Assembly (NCBI GenBank): GCA_963748215.1 | Contig: CAVVHS010000006.1 | Location: 192,001 to 256,000, forward strand | Length of the DNA: 64,000 nucleotides | Source of the DNA: an uncultured Gammaproteobacteria bacterium | GTDB taxonomy: Bacteria > Pseudomonadota > Gammaproteobacteria > UBA9214 | Reading direction: 5' to 3' | Shown here: in pieces, positions 18,541 to 29,315 of the stretch | Layout: each line of letters begins with the position of its first letter | Numbering within the stretch: the stretch's first letter is position 1 | Translations under genes and position numbers: made by a program | The notes under the pieces: model-generated | Databases searched by the model: none | What the model was told of the DNA's origin: nothing | The model's input: the letters and a program-made list of their open reading frames with translations, nothing else

Positions 18541-19031
18541 CGGCGCTCGTCCGCGGGCGGCAGGTATAAACCGCCCAGCAGGAAATGCACGGTCAGCAGG
18601 CAGAAACCGAACGGCGTGATCAGGGCCAGGATGGACGACCAGCGTTCGTTGGCGGCGACATACTGCCAGTCGTCATACCAGAAGCGCATGGCGGCCCAGG
18701 CCATCACGGCACATACGGCAGATGACAGCAGGTAGAGCGGTGGTGTGATGCGTCGCAGCCGTGCCGGTGTCAGGAAGGCGGCCACGATATCGATACGGAT
18801 GTGACGGTGATGCTCGATGGCGAGCGCGGCGCCGAAGAAGGTGATGTACAGCACCAGGTAGCGCGACAGGATGTCGGCATTGGGAATGCCGGAATCCATG
18901 AAGTTGCGCAGCAGGACCTGGCCGAGCACCAGCGCCATCAGCATCAGCAGCGACAGCCCGGCCATGAAACCGTCGAGGCGGATCAGGGTATGGCGCAGGG
19001 CGCTGATCCAGGCGGGCTCAGTGCGCAGCAT
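18537..19031 (-). CDS. TRAP transporter small permease (DctQ)
   Basis: Four TMs, FFGAALA...HIRID. Confidence 0.9.
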   Translation of the reverse strand: MLRTEPAWISALRHTLIRLDGFMAGLSLLMLMALVLGQVLLRNFMDSGIPNADILSRYLVLYITFFGAALAIEHHRHIRIDIVAAFLTPARLRRITPPLYLLSSAVCAVMAWAAMRFWYDDWQYVAANERWSSILALITPFGFCLLTVHFLLGGLYLPPADERR

Positions 19032-20061
19032 CGCCCGGTGCGTCTGCCTGAGCCGCGCGATACTCGTCCAGCCAGTCGTTGACCCGGTGCAGTACGGACT
19101 CGGGAATGTAGCCGGCCTTCGTCAGCCGCTTGCCGGCCTGCTGGCTGATGGTCTCGATATCGCCAGAAATCAGCGACTCGTCGGGCTCGACCATGATCAT
19201 GCCGCGTTCCTGCATGAGTTGCAGGCTTTCGAGATTGTCCCGGCGCGTCGCCGCGACGAGCTTCGCGCCGGTTTCGCGGCCGGTACGCCTTAGCAGCTTC
19301 TGCAGGTCCTGCGGCAGGTTCTGGTAAAAACGGCGTGACACCACCAGCGAGCCGATGCCGTTGGCCATGGGCACATTGGTGATGTACTGCGTCTTGGTGA
19401 ACCACTGCAGCGCGATGGCACCAAGCGGGGGCGCGTACACCGTGTCGATCATGCCGGTCGACAGGCTGGTATAGACATCGATGATCGACAGCGGCACCGG
19501 CGCCAGGCCGCCGGCATCGAAGAATGCCTTGCCCAGCGGGTCGCCCTGCCAGAACCAGATGCGGCGCTTCCTGAGATCGTCCAGCGTGGCGATCGGTTCC
19601 CGGGAAAAGAAGTAGATATAGCCGACCTCCATCCAGCCCACCAGTTCATAACCGTTGTCGCGGTAACCCTGTTCGATAGACGGCATCAGGCGTTCGCGCA
19701 CGTAGTCGATTTCCTCGATGTTCTCGAACAGGAACGGCAGTTCCAGCACGCGTGTGGGCGAATATATCTGTCCGATCCCGTAGCCGGTGAAGGCGCCGCC
19801 CTGCAGCTGGTTGAAGCGGATTTTTTTCAGCACATCAGGCTCGTCGCCCTGCACCCCGCCCGGGTAGAGCTTGAACACCAGGCGGCCGCCACTCTCGGTC
19901 CTGACCTGTTCGGCCCATTCCTCCAGCAGCTTGACCCAGGTGGTGCCGGCAGGGGCCAGGGTGGCGAACTTGAGCACCCACGTCTTCTCCGCCTGCGCGC
20001 TCGTGGTGGTAATACTCAGTGCCAGCAGCAGTGTGGCAAGGATTCCTTTCAATGTATCCAT
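19018..20061 (-). CDS. TRAP substrate-binding protein (DctP/TatP type)
   Basis: KFATLAPAGTTW, YPGGVQGDE, DVYTSLSTGMID. Confidence 0.92.
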   Translation of the reverse strand: MDTLKGILATLLLALSITTTSAQAEKTWVLKFATLAPAGTTWVKLLEEWAEQVRTESGGRLVFKLYPGGVQGDEPDVLKKIRFNQLQGGAFTGYGIGQIYSPTRVLELPFLFENIEEIDYVRERLMPSIEQGYRDNGYELVGWMEVGYIYFFSREPIATLDDLRKRRIWFWQGDPLGKAFFDAGGLAPVPLSIIDVYTSLSTGMIDTVYAPPLGAIALQWFTKTQYITNVPMANGIGSLVVSRRFYQNLPQDLQKLLRRTGRETGAKLVAATRRDNLESLQLMQERGMIMVEPDESLISGDIETISQQAGKRLTKAGYIPESVLHRVNDWLDEYRAAQADAPGDAAH

Positions 20062-20067
20062 GGCGTA

Positions 20068-20964
20068 TTAAAACCAGTCAGTCTCGTGTTCCAGCAGGCG
20101 AGCGGCATGCTGTCTGGCAATGTTATTGATGAGCATCAGCTCCGGGTCGAGGTCGGCGGGCGCGTCCAGCACATGTTGCAGGCGTGCGTGGAAAGCGGCC
20201 TGGTCGAGCTGCTGCCGGTGCAGGTATTGTGCCTGCAATACGTCGACCATCAAGAGCTTGTCCGCATTCAGTTGCGCCGCCCGCACGAAATGCTGTCCGG
20301 CGCGTGCGAAGTCGCCGCCCAGCAGGGGCGAACGCCCGCCGTAGTAGACACCGAAGAACAGGTGCGGGCCGGCATGGTAGAAACCCTCGTCCAGTTCCAG
20401 CGCCCGCTGCATGAGCGCGGCGGCGTTGGCCAGGCTGGCAATGCCGCTGACCGTGTCACGGTTGAGATCGATCCACTTGCCGAGACAGGAGGCGGTCCAG
20501 AACAGCGCCGGGACGGCACGCTCATCGAGCTTGCCGGCGGCGGTTGCGAGTGCCTCCGCGCTGGAGGTTTCGGGGTCGGTCGCCAGCCCGGACGACTGCA
20601 GCGCTGCCTGTGCATGGGTGTAGCAGCGCCGGTACAGCTGGGCAGCACGCCCGGCATCCTCGGCCTCGATAAAGCCGAAGCTGTAGCCGTAAAAACCTTC
20701 CGCGGCATACAGGCGCAGGGTGCTGTTGTTCGGGTCCTCGATCAGCATGCCTTCGAGCAGCTTCAGGTTCGCGGGCATCGCCTCGCGTGCCAGTTGCAGG
20801 TCCGACTCGCGGTTCATCGCCTCCAGGCCGCTGTCGAGAATGGAGGTCGTGCCGCGCACCACCAGCTGGCCCATGGAGCAGGCCGATAGCAGCAGCACGC
20901 TGGCGAGTGTGCCGGCCAGGCGCGGCAGCGGAAACAGGTGGCAGGTGGATGCTGTGAATATCAT
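20068..20964 (-). CDS. TRAP-T (TPAT) TatT lipoprotein component
   Basis: LLLSAC lipobox, [26 protein letters not shown]; directly upstream of TatP. Confidence 0.85.
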   Translation of the reverse strand: MIFTASTCHLFPLPRLAGTLASVLLLSACSMGQLVVRGTTSILDSGLEAMNRESDLQLAREAMPANLKLLEGMLIEDPNNSTLRLYAAEGFYGYSFGFIEAEDAGRAAQLYRRCYTHAQAALQSSGLATDPETSSAEALATAAGKLDERAVPALFWTASCLGKWIDLNRDTVSGIASLANAAALMQRALELDEGFYHAGPHLFFGVYYGGRSPLLGGDFARAGQHFVRAAQLNADKLLMVDVLQAQYLHRQQLDQAAFHARLQHVLDAPADLDPELMLINNIARQHAARLLEHETDWF

Positions 20965-22100
20965 GGCGTTGGCTGTCCTAGCAGTAGTATAAGGATACTC
21001 TCATAGATTGCGGATATCCGGTCAATTTCATCGACACCGACACATTCGTTGACCTTGTGGATGGTGGTGTTCACCGGTCCGAGTTCGACCACCTGGGCAC
21101 CGGTGGGTGCGATGAAACGCCCGTCCGAGGTGCCGCCGCCGGTGGACAATTCGGTGTGGATGCCGGTGATGTCCGCTATTGCCTGGCGGGTGGCATCGAC
21201 CAGCTCGCCGGCGGGTGTCAGGAACGGCGCGCCGGACAGGTGCCAGTCCAGCGTGTACTCCAGCCTGTGTCCCCGCAGGATGTCCTCGACACGGGTGCGG
21301 ATGCCGTCGGCCGTCGAGGCAGTGGAGAAGCGCAGGTTGAACAGCACCTCCAGCGTGCCCGGGATGATGTTCACGGTGCCGTCGCCGGCATGGATGTTGG
21401 AGATCTGGAAGCTGGTCGGCGGGAAGTGTTCGTTGCCCTGGTCCCATTCCACCGCCACCAGGTCGGCCAGCGCCTGCAGGGCACGGTGAATCGGGTTGTC
21501 TGCACGCTGCGGGTAGGCGACATGGCCCTGCTGGCCGCGCACCCTGAGCCTGCCGTTGAGCGAGCCGCGACGCCCGTTCTTGATGACGTCGCCGGCGCGC
21601 TCCACGCTGGACGGTTCGCCGACCAGGCACCAGTCGATGCGTTCGCCTCGCGCCGCCAGCCACTCGATGACCTTGACCGTACCGTCCACGGACGGGCCTT
21701 CCTCGTCGCTGGTGAGCAGGAAAGCGATCGAGCCCCTGTGTTCCGGATGGGCCGCGACGAAGCGCTCGCTGGCCGTGACCATCGCCGCCACGCTGCCTTT
21801 CATGTCCGCTGCGCCGCGCCCGTACAGGCAGCCATCGCGGATCACGGGCGTGAACGGTTCGGAGTCCCACTGGTCCAGCGCGCCGGGCGGCACCACGTCG
21901 GTATGGCCGGCGAACACGAACAGCGGTGTGGCCGTACCGCGCCGCGCCCACAGGTTGTCCACGTCGCCGAAGCGCAGGTGCTGGATGTCGAAGCCGGCTT
22001 GAGCCAGGCGTTCGGCCAGCAGCGCCTGGCAGCCGGCATCGTCGGGTGTGACCGACGGCCTCGCGACCAGCACCTGCGCCAGCGCCAGGGTGGCGCTCAT
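20961..22100 (-). CDS. dapE: Succinyl-diaminopimelate desuccinylase
   Basis: [39 protein letters not shown]. Confidence 0.96.
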   Translation of the reverse strand: MSATLALAQVLVARPSVTPDDAGCQALLAERLAQAGFDIQHLRFGDVDNLWARRGTATPLFVFAGHTDVVPPGALDQWDSEPFTPVIRDGCLYGRGAADMKGSVAAMVTASERFVAAHPEHRGSIAFLLTSDEEGPSVDGTVKVIEWLAARGERIDWCLVGEPSSVERAGDVIKNGRRGSLNGRLRVRGQQGHVAYPQRADNPIHRALQALADLVAVEWDQGNEHFPPTSFQISNIHAGDGTVNIIPGTLEVLFNLRFSTASTADGIRTRVEDILRGHRLEYTLDWHLSGAPFLTPAGELVDATRQAIADITGIHTELSTGGGTSDGRFIAPTGAQVVELGPVNTTIHKVNECVGVDEIDRISAIYESILILLLGQPTP

Positions 22101-22456
22101 GACCGTGCGGCCTTGCCGAACATGGCGTGGTAGTCGTCGGCGCTGAACCCCACGTGCAGCCGTTTGCCCCGGGCCAGCACGGGGCGCCTGATGATGGACG
22201 GTTGCTCGAGCATCAGGCGGGAGGCGCTGCCGCGGTCGATATGCTCGCGCGCCGCCGCCGGCAGTTTGCGCCAGGTGGTGCTGCGCCGGTTGAGCAGCGT
22301 CTCCCAGCCCAGCTGCTCGATCCAGCCCGCGAGCAGGACGTCGTCCAGGCCATCCTTGCGCAGGTCGTGAAAGCGGTAGGCCACGCCGTGCTCGTCGAGC
22401 CAGCGTCGCGCCTTTCTCACCGTGTCGCAGTTGGAAATACCGTACAGGGTCGTCAT
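22097..22456 (-). CDS. ArsC/Spx-family protein (YffB-like)
   Basis: [30 protein letters not shown]. Confidence 0.9.
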   Translation of the reverse strand: MTTLYGISNCDTVRKARRWLDEHGVAYRFHDLRKDGLDDVLLAGWIEQLGWETLLNRRSTTWRKLPAAAREHIDRGSASRLMLEQPSIIRRPVLARGKRLHVGFSADDYHAMFGKAARS

Positions 22457-22474
22457 GGTCCGTGCCGGCAGTGA

Positions 22475-23296
22475 TCAGATATCGCGCAGCAGTTCGTTGA
22501 TGCCGACCTTGGAGCGGGTCTTTTCATCGACGCGCTTGACGATCACCGCGCAGTACAGGCTGTACTTGCCGTCCTTCGACGGCAGGTTGCCGGACACCAC
22601 CACCGAGCCGGCCGGGATGCGGCCGTAGAGGACCTCGTCCTTCTCGCGATCGTAGATGCGCGTGCTCTGCCCGATGTAGACACCCATGGAAATGACCGAG
22701 CCTTCCTCGACGATGACACCCTCGACCACCTCGGAGCGCGCGCCGATGAAGCAGTTGTCCTCGATGATGGTGGGTGCGGCCTGCACCGGTTCCAGTACGC
22801 CGCCGATGCCGACGCCGCCGGACAGGTGCACATTCTTGCCGATCTGTGCACAGGAGCCGACCGTGGCCCAGGTGTCCACCATGGTGCCGGAATCGACATA
22901 GGCACCGATGTTCACATAGGAAGGCATGAGCACCGCACCCGGCGCGATGTAGGCACCCTTGCGCGCGGTGGCCGGCGGCACGATGCGCACGCCGCCCTCG
23001 CGGAACTCGCGCGAGTTGGTGTCGGCGTACTTGGACGGCACCTTGTCGTAGTAGTTGGTGAAGCCGCCCTTGATGAAGGCGTTGTCCTCGATGCGGAACG
23101 ACAGCAGCACCGCCTTTTTCAGCCAGTCGTTGACCACCCACTTGCCGTCCCGCTTTTCGGCCACGCGCGCAACGCCGCGATCGAGCATGTCGATGGCCTC
23201 CAGCGTGGCCTCCTTGACGTGGGTTTCCACGCTGCGCGGGGTGATGTCGGCGCGTCGTTCGAAGGCCTCTTCGATGGTTGCCTGCAGGTCGCTCAT
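22475..23296 (-). CDS. dapD: Tetrahydrodipicolinate N-succinyltransferase
   Basis: [34 protein letters not shown]. Confidence 0.97.
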   Translation of the reverse strand: MSDLQATIEEAFERRADITPRSVETHVKEATLEAIDMLDRGVARVAEKRDGKWVVNDWLKKAVLLSFRIEDNAFIKGGFTNYYDKVPSKYADTNSREFREGGVRIVPPATARKGAYIAPGAVLMPSYVNIGAYVDSGTMVDTWATVGSCAQIGKNVHLSGGVGIGGVLEPVQAAPTIIEDNCFIGARSEVVEGVIVEEGSVISMGVYIGQSTRIYDREKDEVLYGRIPAGSVVVSGNLPSKDGKYSLYCAVIVKRVDEKTRSKVGINELLRDI

Positions 23297-23331
23297 GAAA
23301 TGATTCTCCGGATCGATGGAATGGCAGGGCG

Positions 23332-24540
23332 CTATGATACCCGCTGGGCGCCCTGTATGTATGCCTTGATGCGCTGCGCCGCCTCGATGCAGTCCTCGAG
23401 CGGTGCGACCAGCGCCATGCGCACATAGCCCTGGCCGGGATTGAAGCCGTCGACCGGGCGCGACAGGAAGCTGCCGGGCAGCACGGTGACATTGCAGTGC
23501 GCGTGCAGTGCGCGCGCGAACGCCGCGTCATCTCCGGGCGTGCGCGCCCACAGGTAAAACCCTGCATCGGGTTGCCGGACGTCGAGCACCGGTGCCAGGA
23601 CATCCAGTACCTCGCTGAATTTGCGCGTGTACAGGCGCCGGTTCTCGATGACGTGCCGCTCGTCAGCCCAGGCGCGCTGGCTGGCGGCCTGCGTGGCCGG
23701 CGGCATGGCGCAGCCGTGGTAGGTGCGGTAGCGCAGGAAGTTCGCGATCAGCGCGGTTTCGCCGGCGACGAAGCCCGAGCGCAGACCGGGCGCATTGGAG
23801 CGCTTGGACAGGCTGTGGAAAACCATGCAGCGCCGGAAGTCCGTGCGCCCCATGCCGGCCGCGGCGGCGAGCAGGCCGGACGGTGCCGTGGCACCGTCGG
23901 GGTAGATCTCCGAGTAGCACTCGTCCGAGGCGATGACGAAGTCGTATTCGTCCGCCAGCCGGATCAGTTGCTGCAGTTGATCGACCGGCATGACCGCGCC
24001 GGCGGGATTGCCCGGTGTGCAGACGTAGATCAGCTGGCACCGTTGCCAGACTTTCCGCGGCACGCTGTCGAAGTCGGGGCGGTAGCCGGTGTCACGCGTG
24101 GTGTTGAGGAAATACGGTTCGGCCCCGGCCAGCAGCGCGGCGCCTTCGTAGATCTGGTAGAACGGGTTGGGCATCAGTACCAGTGGCGCGTCGCGGCGGT
24201 CTATGGTGCACTGGGCAAAGGCGAACAGCGCCTCGCGCGTGCCGTTCACCGGCAGCACCATGCCCTCGGGATCGACACTGCCGGCCGGCAGCGCAAAGCG
24301 CGTCATCAGCCAGTCGGCGATGGCCGAGCGCAGGGCGGCCGAACCGCGCGTCACGGGGTAGTTCGACAGCCCGTGCAGGTGGGTGATGACTTCTTCCGCG
24401 ATGAAACCCGGTGTAGCATGACGCGGTTCGCCGATCGACAATGCGATTTCCTGCAAGCCGCCCGGCGGCGTGATGCCGCTGAACAGCTTCGCCAGCCGCT
24501 CGAACGGGTAGGGCTGTAACCTTGCCATATCGGGATTCAT
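23332..24540 (-). CDS. dapC: Succinyl-diaminopimelate transaminase
   Basis: [42 protein letters not shown]. Confidence 0.93.
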   Translation of the reverse strand: MNPDMARLQPYPFERLAKLFSGITPPGGLQEIALSIGEPRHATPGFIAEEVITHLHGLSNYPVTRGSAALRSAIADWLMTRFALPAGSVDPEGMVLPVNGTREALFAFAQCTIDRRDAPLVLMPNPFYQIYEGAALLAGAEPYFLNTTRDTGYRPDFDSVPRKVWQRCQLIYVCTPGNPAGAVMPVDQLQQLIRLADEYDFVIASDECYSEIYPDGATAPSGLLAAAAGMGRTDFRRCMVFHSLSKRSNAPGLRSGFVAGETALIANFLRYRTYHGCAMPPATQAASQRAWADERHVIENRRLYTRKFSEVLDVLAPVLDVRQPDAGFYLWARTPGDDAAFARALHAHCNVTVLPGSFLSRPVDGFNPGQGYVRMALVAPLEDCIEAAQRIKAYIQGAQRVS

Positions 24541-24708
24541 GGTTTGTCGGCGGCGCGCTCCACCCTGGCGGGCAGGCGCGCCTGCTGGTCTGTCCGGTGT
24601 CCGGGGAGACGCAAGTATAATGGATTCCCGGCGCCGCATTAAACGGCCTGCCGGCTGCAAGGCATGAATTATTACCCGCTGCCCGGGATTTCACAGGTTG
24701 CACATGAC

Positions 24709-25596
24709 ATGAACAGCACCAGAACCGAACATCACCTGCTGCCGGTATTCAGCCTGCTGCTGACTGCCAGCCTGTGGGGCCTCGTCTGGTACCCGCTGCG
24801 CCTGCTGGAGGACGCCGGGCTGCATGGTCTGTGGAGTTCTCTGATCAGCTACGGCGCGGTGCTGCTCGCGTTCCTGTGGATCTTCGTGCGCGATCGCCGG
24901 CAGCTGGCAGCGCAGCTGCCGGCGCTGCTGATGCTCGGGCTGGCCGCCGGCTGGTGCAACGTCGCTTTCATCCTCGCGGTGCTGGAGGGCAACGTGGTGC
25001 GCGTGCTGCTGCTGTTCTACCTGTCGCCGTTCTGGGCGGTGGTGCTCGGCTGGCTCATGCTTGACGAGCGGCTCGATCGCCAGTCCCTGCTGGTGTTCGC
25101 GCTGGCGGTGATCGGTGCCCTGATCATGCTGTGGAACGAGGAGATCGGTGTGCCCTGGCCGCGCGATACGGCCGACTGGCTGGCGGTGTCCTCGGGTTTC
25201 GGTTTCTCCCTGAGCAATGTGTACGTGCGGCGGCTGCAAGGCGTGAACGTGACACTGAAGTCCGCCTGCAGCTGGGCGGGCGTGGTGCTGGTGGCCGTGG
25301 TCTGGATCGTGCTTGGCGAGACCGGACTGCCAGCGGCGGGTGCCGGCGCCTGGCTGGGTGCGGTCGCGCTGGGCCTGTGCGGTTTCCTGGTGATGACGCT
25401 CGCCGTGCAATACGGCGTGACGCGCATGCCGGTGCACCGTTCGGCGGTGATCCTGCTGTTCGAACTGGTGGTCGGTGCGGTCTCGTCGCTGCTGCTGACC
25501 GACGAGACCGTGCTGGCGCGCGAGTGGATCGGCGGCATCCTGATCGTGCTGGCTGCATGGCTGGCCGCACGCATTCACGCCGGGGAGGCAGCTTGA
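24709..25596 (+). CDS. DMT/EamA-family transporter
   Basis: About 10 TMs, two EamA halves (LFYLSP.W, ILLFELV). Confidence 0.88.
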   Translation: MNSTRTEHHLLPVFSLLLTASLWGLVWYPLRLLEDAGLHGLWSSLISYGAVLLAFLWIFVRDRRQLAAQLPALLMLGLAAGWCNVAFILAVLEGNVVRVLLLFYLSPFWAVVLGWLMLDERLDRQSLLVFALAVIGALIMLWNEEIGVPWPRDTADWLAVSSGFGFSLSNVYVRRLQGVNVTLKSACSWAGVVLVAVVWIVLGETGLPAAGAGAWLGAVALGLCGFLVMTLAVQYGVTRMPVHRSAVILLFELVVGAVSSLLLTDETVLAREWIGGILIVLAAWLAARIHAGEAA

Positions 25597-25967
25597 TCCG
25601 GGTCACGGGATTCAATCATGTCAGCATACTGGTCAGCGACACCGCGCGAGCCCTGGCGTTCTATCATGATGTGCTCGGCCTGCCGCTCAGCCCGGAAAGG
25701 CCGCCGCTGGCCTTCCCGGGCGCGTGGCTGGAGCTGGGGCAGGGCCTGCAGATTCACCTGCTGGAACTCGACGGGGCGGGGCGGGATGCCCGGGACGGGC
25801 ACGGCGGGCGCGACTATCACCTGGCGCTCGATGTAGCCGATCTCGATGCGGCCAGCGCGGCATTGCAGGCTGCAGGCATCGGTTTCACCCTGAGTCGTTC
25901 CGGGCGCCGCGCGCTGTTCTGCCGCGACCCGGACGGCAACGCCATCGAACTGGTGGAGGCGGGCTGA
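25593..25967 (+). CDS. VOC/glyoxalase-family protein
   Basis: HVSILVSD, FYHDVLGL, QIHL, HLAL, RDPDGNAIELVE; TTG start overlapping the upstream stop. Confidence 0.9.
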   Translation: MIRVTGFNHVSILVSDTARALAFYHDVLGLPLSPERPPLAFPGAWLELGQGLQIHLLELDGAGRDARDGHGGRDYHLALDVADLDAASAALQAAGIGFTLSRSGRRALFCRDPDGNAIELVEAG

Positions 25968-25990
25968 ACGACGATCCTGGATCCTGCGCA

Positions 25991-26525
25991 ATGCCACGGA
26001 AAAAACAGGGTATTCCGTGTGCTTCCGTGCGTTCCGTGGCCATTGTTTTTTTGCAGGGTGCACTCCGTGCACCGTTCGCGGTGCGTAAAACGCACCCTAC
26101 ACCCGGACATTATATTTCCGCGTTTTTACGTGGTTTCCGTGGCCATTGTTTTTTTGTAGGGTGCACTCCGTGCACCGTTCGCGGTGCGTAAAACGCACCC
26201 TACACCCGGACATTATATTTCCGCGTTTTTCCGTGGATTCCGTGGCTATTTTTCTCGGCAATGGCCACGGAATCCACGGAATCCACGGAAAAATAAACCG
26301 GGCTATACGGTACTGTGTTGATCCAAGGATATTAAACAGGTGAATGGCCACGGAATCCACGTGATGGCTCGAAAAAATATTCCGTGTTTTTCCGTGTGCT
26401 TCCGTGGCCGTTATTTTTTGTAGGGTGCACTCCGTGCACCTCGCCGGTGCGTAAAACGCACCCTACGCCCGGGCATCATTTTTCCGTATTCTTCCGTGGG
26501 TTCCGTGACCATATATCGTCTCACG
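25991..26525. repeat. Composite repeat cluster 3: inverted copies of the cluster-2 unit plus CCACGGAA hairpins
   Basis: REP doublets 26053-26100, 26156-26203 (103-bp period) and 26420-26466; reverse complement of the 17.0-17.1 kb unit; between convergent genes. Confidence 0.92.
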
Positions 26526-26594
26526 CCTTTCTGTTTGGCAGCACACACTGTGTACCCGGCAGTTATTGTGCTGTTATTTTTCCGTCGGGATTAC

Positions 26595-29297
26595 CTAGTT
26601 GTGGAACACCGACTGCCGGGTGCCCGGTTCCTGGTCCAGGTACTTGTGAATGACCTGCTCAAGGCAATCGAGTTGCGCCTGTTCGGTGAGCGGCCGGTTG
26701 TCGAGGTCGGTGATGTAATAGACGTCTTCCGCGCGCGCGCCGAGCGTGGCGATCTTCGCGTTGAACAGCCGCACCTTGCAATCGGCGAAGGCGCGGCCGA
26801 CGCGTGACAGCAGGCCGGGCCGGTCTGCGGTGATCAGTGTCATCACGGTTCGCTGGTCGTACTCGTCGTGCTTGAAGTCGACATGCGTCAGGATGGGGAA
26901 ATGTTTGTACTGGCGTGGCATGCGCCGCGCCACGTGCCAGTTCTCGCTGTCACCATGGTCGATCTCGGCCAGCAATGCCGTGCGGATTTCCTCGATGCGG
27001 TGCAGCTCCACGACCGGCTCGCCCGATTCTTCCAGCACATGGTAGGTGTGCAGGCCGAAATTGTTCTTGGTGGTGATGATGCCGGCGTCCACCACGTTCA
27101 GGCCGACCTGGTCCAGTACCGCGGTGATGCGGCTGAACAGATCGTCGGTGGCCGTGGCGTAAATGAAGATTTCCGTGCCGCCGCGCTCGGTCAGCGGCTC
27201 TATGTCGACCAGGCTGCCGGTCGGGTCGTGTCGGTCCATGAGCAGACGGGTATGGTGCGCCACCTGCCACGGAATGTGGCGCAGGAAGTACTCATCGCCG
27301 AGCTGCTCCCAGACGGCCTCGTAGCCGGCGCAGTCCGTAGCCATCAGTTCCCGGGCGGCCTCCTGTATTTTCTGGATATGTTCCGAGCGTTCCATCGGGT
27401 CCTGCAGGCCGCGATGCAGGGCGCGGCGCGTGTTGTAATAGAGTTGCTTGAGCAAGGCATCCTTCCAGCTGTTCCACATGCCGGGATTGGTACCGCGGAT
27501 GTCGGCGACCGTCAGCAGGTAGAGATAGTCCAGGTGCATCGGGTCCCTGACCAGCTTCGCGAAGCGGTTGACGACAACCGGGTCGCTGATGTCCTGGCGC
27601 TGCGCGGTGGATGACATGATCAGGTGATTATCCACCAGCCAGGTGACCAGGCCGGCGTCATACGCGCTGAGGTCATGACGCAGGCAGAACTCGTGTGCAT
27701 CCTGCGCGCCCAGTTGCGAGTGATCGCCGCCGCGGCCCTTCGCGATGTCATGGAACAGGCCCGCCAGGTAGAGCAGTTCCGGCTTGGGGATGGTGGCAAC
27801 GATATGACTGCAGAGCGGGAATTCGAGCGCATATTTCTGCACGGTGAAACGGCGCAGGTTGCGAACCACGGTGAGGATGTGCTCGTCCACCGTGTAGATG
27901 TGGAACAGGTCGTACTGCATCAGGCCAACGATGTTGCCGAACACCGGCAGGTAATGGGCCAGCACGCCGTAGTTGTTCATGCGGTGCAGGGCCCGGGTGA
28001 CACCATGCGGCTGGCGCAGGATTTCCATGAACAGGCTGCGCGCACGAATGTCGTTGCGAAAGTCGTCGTCGATGACGTGCCGGTGTTCGCGGATGGAGCG
28101 GATAGTGTCGGCGCGCACGCCCTTCAGCTCCGGGTGCTGCTGCAGGATCAGGAATACCTCGAGCAGCGCATACGGATAGTGTTTGAATACGGTCGGGTAG
28201 GCGATTTCGAGGAAGCCGTGGCGTGACTGGAAACGCTTGTTGATCGCAAACGGCTGCCCGGGGCCTTCCGGGAACAGGATGTCCTCGTAGAACAGCTGCA
28301 GCAGCATTTCGTTGAGCCGGTTGAGCGTCATGATGGTGCGGTAGTACTGGCGCATGAACGCCTCGACGCCGAGCCGGTTCGCGTCGTTCTCGTAGCCGAA
28401 CTGATCGGCCAGCGTGCGCTGGTAATCGAACAGCAGGCGGTCCTCGCCGCGCCCGGTGAGCATGTGCAGCGCGAAGCGGATCTTCCACAGCTGCTCGCGG
28501 CCCTCGACCAGCGTGCGGTATTCCGCGGCGGTCAGGAAATTTCGATCGACGAGTTTCTCCAGCGAGTCGGTACCGAAATGCCGGTTCGCAACCCAGGCGA
28601 TCATCTGGATGTCGCGCAGTCCGCCGGGGCCTTCCTTGATATTGGGTTCGAGGTTGTAGGCCGTGTCATTGTACTTGAGATGGCGGATGCGCTGTTCCTC
28701 GCGCTTGGCCCGGAAGTAGTCGCTGCTGCTCCAGATCCGTTCGGGCTCGGTCGCGTCCTCCATCTCGAAAAACAGTTCCAGCGAGCCCGCCAGCCAGCGC
28801 GCCTCCATCAGGTTGGTGATCACGGTGATATCGGCGAGCGCCTGATCCACGCACTCGTCGACGCTGCGCACGCTGTGACCCACTTCCAGACCGATGTCCC
28901 AGAGGAAGGTGAGCAGTGACTCCAGCCGTGTGTTGAAGCGGTCGCCGGCATAATCCGGCAACAGCAGCAGCAGGTCGATGTCGGAGCCGGGCATCAGTTC
29001 GCTGCGCCCGTAACCGCCGACCGCGGCCAGGGCCAGCAGCTCCGACGCATCGTCCAGGTGCAGTTGCCAGGCATGCGCCAGCACCTGGTCGACCAGCCAC
29101 GAGCGTCCGAGCAGCAGGGTCTGGATGTCGCGTCCGGCGTCGAACTGCTGTTTGAGTGCGGTGCGGCCGTGATTCAGGCAGGTCTTGTAGGCACTGATCA
29201 GCGTCGCGCTGTTGTCGTAGCTGATGGCCAGTGGTGCCAGGTCGAACCACGACTCGAAGTCCTGGGGGTCAGCCGTGGCTGTGCGGTGAGCGGTCAT
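26595..29297 (-). CDS. glnD: [Protein-PII] uridylyltransferase/uridylyl-removing enzyme
   Basis: AVGGYGRSELMPGSDIDLL, EPNIKEGPGGLRD, HD domain (LFHDIAKGRGGDHS), two ACT domains. Confidence 0.97.
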   Translation of the reverse strand: MTAHRTATADPQDFESWFDLAPLAISYDNSATLISAYKTCLNHGRTALKQQFDAGRDIQTLLLGRSWLVDQVLAHAWQLHLDDASELLALAAVGGYGRSELMPGSDIDLLLLLPDYAGDRFNTRLESLLTFLWDIGLEVGHSVRSVDECVDQALADITVITNLMEARWLAGSLELFFEMEDATEPERIWSSSDYFRAKREEQRIRHLKYNDTAYNLEPNIKEGPGGLRDIQMIAWVANRHFGTDSLEKLVDRNFLTAAEYRTLVEGREQLWKIRFALHMLTGRGEDRLLFDYQRTLADQFGYENDANRLGVEAFMRQYYRTIMTLNRLNEMLLQLFYEDILFPEGPGQPFAINKRFQSRHGFLEIAYPTVFKHYPYALLEVFLILQQHPELKGVRADTIRSIREHRHVIDDDFRNDIRARSLFMEILRQPHGVTRALHRMNNYGVLAHYLPVFGNIVGLMQYDLFHIYTVDEHILTVVRNLRRFTVQKYALEFPLCSHIVATIPKPELLYLAGLFHDIAKGRGGDHSQLGAQDAHEFCLRHDLSAYDAGLVTWLVDNHLIMSSTAQRQDISDPVVVNRFAKLVRDPMHLDYLYLLTVADIRGTNPGMWNSWKDALLKQLYYNTRRALHRGLQDPMERSEHIQKIQEAARELMATDCAGYEAVWEQLGDEYFLRHIPWQVAHHTRLLMDRHDPTGSLVDIEPLTERGGTEIFIYATATDDLFSRITAVLDQVGLNVVDAGIITTKNNFGLHTYHVLEESGEPVVELHRIEEIRTALLAEIDHGDSENWHVARRMPRQYKHFPILTHVDFKHDEYDQRTVMTLITADRPGLLSRVGRAFADCKVRLFNAKIATLGARAEDVYYITDLDNRPLTEQAQLDCLEQVIHKYLDQEPGTRQSVFHN

Positions 29298-29315
29298 TGC
29301 GGAAGTGACGGCTGC

